From positions 1 through 64,000 of the forward strand of contig CAWFGO010000002.1 in NCBI GenBank assembly GCA_963815455.1: a stretch of 64,000 bases of DNA, read 5' to 3'. Positions 62,197-64,000 of the stretch are shown here, piece after piece. The stretch's first letter is position 1. Each line of letters starts with the position of its first letter. The notes beneath the pieces are model-generated. The model worked only from the letters and a program-made list of their open reading frames with translations, was not told the DNA's origin and did not search any database. Position numbers and translations under genes: made by a program. This DNA is from an uncultured Verrucomicrobiae bacterium. Its GTDB lineage: Bacteria; Verrucomicrobiota; Verrucomicrobiia; Chthoniobacterales; UBA10450.

Positions 62197-64000
62197 TTAA
62201 GCCACATTCTCCAGGAAAGCGCTCGGCGCCTGGCTGCCGACTTTTACGTCGAGGCCAAGGCTCTGCATTTCCTTGATTAACACGTTGAAAGATTCGGGTG
62301 TGCCCGCTTCGAGCGAGTTGTCGCCCTTGACGATGGATTCGTAAATCCGCGTGCGTCCCTGCACGTCGTCGGATTTCACCGTGAGCAATTCCTGCAAGGT
62401 GTAAGCCGCGCCGTAGGCTTCCATTGCCCAGACTTCCATTTCGCCGAAGCGCTGCCCGCCGTATTGGGCTTTACCGCCCAGCGGCTGCTGCGTCACCAGC
62501 GAGTAAGGCCCGACCGCTCGCGCATGGATCTTGTCGGCCACCAAGTGGCCAAGCTTCATCATATAAATGTAGCCAACCACGACCTCCTGATCGAAGGCAT
62601 CTCCCGTGCGACCATCGAACAACCGCGCTTTGCCGGTCTCCTGCACCCAGGCGAACCCTTCTTTCTTGCGCGCTTCCTTGAGATAGCTGCGGATTTTCTC
62701 CTCCTTGATGCCGTCGAAAACCGGCGTCGCGACCTTGAATCCCAGCGCCTTGGCGGCAACGCCAAGGTGCGTCTCGAGAACCTGACCGACGTTCATTCGG
62801 CTCGGCACGCCCAGAGGATTAAGCACGATTTCCACCGGCGTCCCGTCCGCCAGGAACGGCATGTCTTCTTCAGGAACAATGCGCGCCACCACGCCTTTGT
62901 TCCCGTGCCGTCCGGCCATCTTGTCGCCCACACTCAATTTGCGTTTGCTGGCGATGTAAACCTTGACCTGCTTGATGATGCCAGGATCGATATCATCCCC
63001 GCTCTCCACCCGGTCCATTGCTCGTTCCCGCTCCAGTTCGAGCTCGGCGAACTTGTGTTCGTAGGAAGCGATGATTTCCCGTATCTTATTTCGAATCGGG
63101 CTCGGATCGATCTCGATGTGATCGTAAACATTGGCCAGTTTGCGCAACAGCGTTTTGGTGATTTTGCGATTGGCCGGGATGATGATCTCGCCCGTCTCGG
63201 CGTTGACCACGTCGAGCGGAATTTTTTCGCCCAACAAAATATTTGAAAGCGCGTCGGTCAGTTGCTCAGTCAGCTCCTCTTTCTTGCGCTTGTTTTCTTC
63301 CGCGATCGACTTGAGCTGCCGTTTGGTCTCTGTGGGCGTAAGTTTTTCCCGAGCGACTTCGCGACGCGAGGAAACCTTCACATCCATCACGATGCCGTAG
63401 GTCCCGGACGGAACCGTCAGGGATGTGTCTTTCACGTCAGCTGCTTTTTCGCCGAAAATCGCGCGAAGCAGGCGCTCTTCCGGCGCCAGTTCGGTCTCGC
63501 TCTTAGGCGTAATTTTGCCCACGAGAATGTCGCCCGGCTTAACTTCTGCGCCGACCCGCACCACTCCGTCCGATCCGAGATTGCGCAAAGCTTCTTCACT
63601 GACGTTGGGAATGTCGCGCGTGATTTCTTCCGGACCGAGCTTGGTATCTCGGGCGCCGATCTCGAACTCGTCGATGTGAATCGAGGTGTAAATGTCCTCT
63701 TTCACGACCTTTTCCGAGATCATGATCGCGTCCTCGAAGTTGTAACCGTTCCACGGCATGAAGGCCACGAGCACGTTGCGGCCGAGGGCGAGCTCGCCCT
63801 GATCGGTATTCGGGCCGTCAGCGATGACCTGCCCCTTCTTCACATGCTGGCCTTTGTGCACAATCGGTTTTTGATTGATGCAGGTGCCGGCATTCGAACG
63901 CATGAACTTCCGCAGTTCGTAAACGTGAATTCCTTCTTCAAGATCCGTCTTTAGTTTCCGCTTCCCTTCGGGCATATGCCCATCCTTGGTCACCACGATC
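62197..64000 (-). CDS. rpoB: DNA-directed RNA polymerase beta subunit (3' part; 5' end beyond window)
   Basis: [38 protein letters not shown]. Confidence 0.99.
   Translation of the reverse strand, partial: IVVTKDGHMPEGKRKLKTDLEEGIHVYELRKFMRSNAGTCINQKPIVHKGQHVKKGQVIADGPNTDQGELALGRNVLVAFMPWNGYNFEDAIMISEKVVKEDIYTSIHIDEFEIGARDTKLGPEEITRDIPNVSEEALRNLGSDGVVRVGAEVKPGDILVGKITPKSETELAPEERLLRAIFGEKAADVKDTSLTVPSGTYGIVMDVKVSSRREVAREKLTPTETKRQLKSIAEENKRKKEELTEQLTDALSNILLGEKIPLDVVNAETGEIIIPANRKITKTLLRKLANVYDHIEIDPSPIRNKIREIIASYEHKFAELELERERAMDRVESGDDIDPGIIKQVKVYIASKRKLSVGDKMAGRHGNKGVVARIVPEEDMPFLADGTPVEIVLNPLGVPSRMNVGQVLETHLGVAAKALGFKVATPVFDGIKEEKIRSYLKEARKKEGFAWVQETGKARLFDGRTGDAFDQEVVVGYIYMMKLGHLVADKIHARAVGPYSLVTQQPLGGKAQYGGQRFGEMEVWAMEAYGAAYTLQELLTVKSDDVQGRTRIYESIVKGDNSLEAGTPESFNVLIKEMQSLGLDVKVGSQAPSAFLENVA

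Noticed and set aside
58941..63954. Long plus-strand ORFs (508, 239, 260, 230 aa)
   Set aside because: Antisense shadows of rpoC/rpoB.

Overview
GC-rich bacterial chromosomal segment, most likely Verrucomicrobiota (Spartobacteria/Chthoniobacterales-like). This is inferred from the short EF-Ts, the omega-subunit type, and the secreted-protein C-terminal domains. 1-18.1 kb: an array of seven ~800-aa duplicated MacB/FtsX-type (ADOP-like) ABC permeases with a single ATPase. The two minus-strand copies are a tandem duplication downstream of a candidate sigma-54 promoter with IHF-like and enhancer-like sites. 18.8-48.3 kb: infC and many accessory genes (endonuclease I, STAS, PPK2, cupin, hydrolase, methyltransferases, oxidoreductases, ferredoxin, two lone response regulators, porin, toxin-antitoxin modules, aquaporin, SET protein, rpoZ, ADH, gnd). 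These are interspersed with several families of GTAG-type REP-like elements, and some single genes are bracketed by direct or inverted repeats. 53-64 kb: ligD, tsf, rpsB, porin, PduO-type adenosyltransferase, rpoC and the 3' part of rpoB. The most striking signal is a conserved ~165-aa C-terminal module (beta-rich domain plus a double-EF-hand dockerin-like domain with near-invariant 'NASD' residues). It ends five different genes, one of which encodes the module alone, suggesting an uncharacterised surface-display or sorting system. Three genes are frameshifted and a fourth carries compensating indels; nearly all are single-base insertions and probably sequencing errors. No tRNA, rRNA, CRISPR array or transposase was seen.
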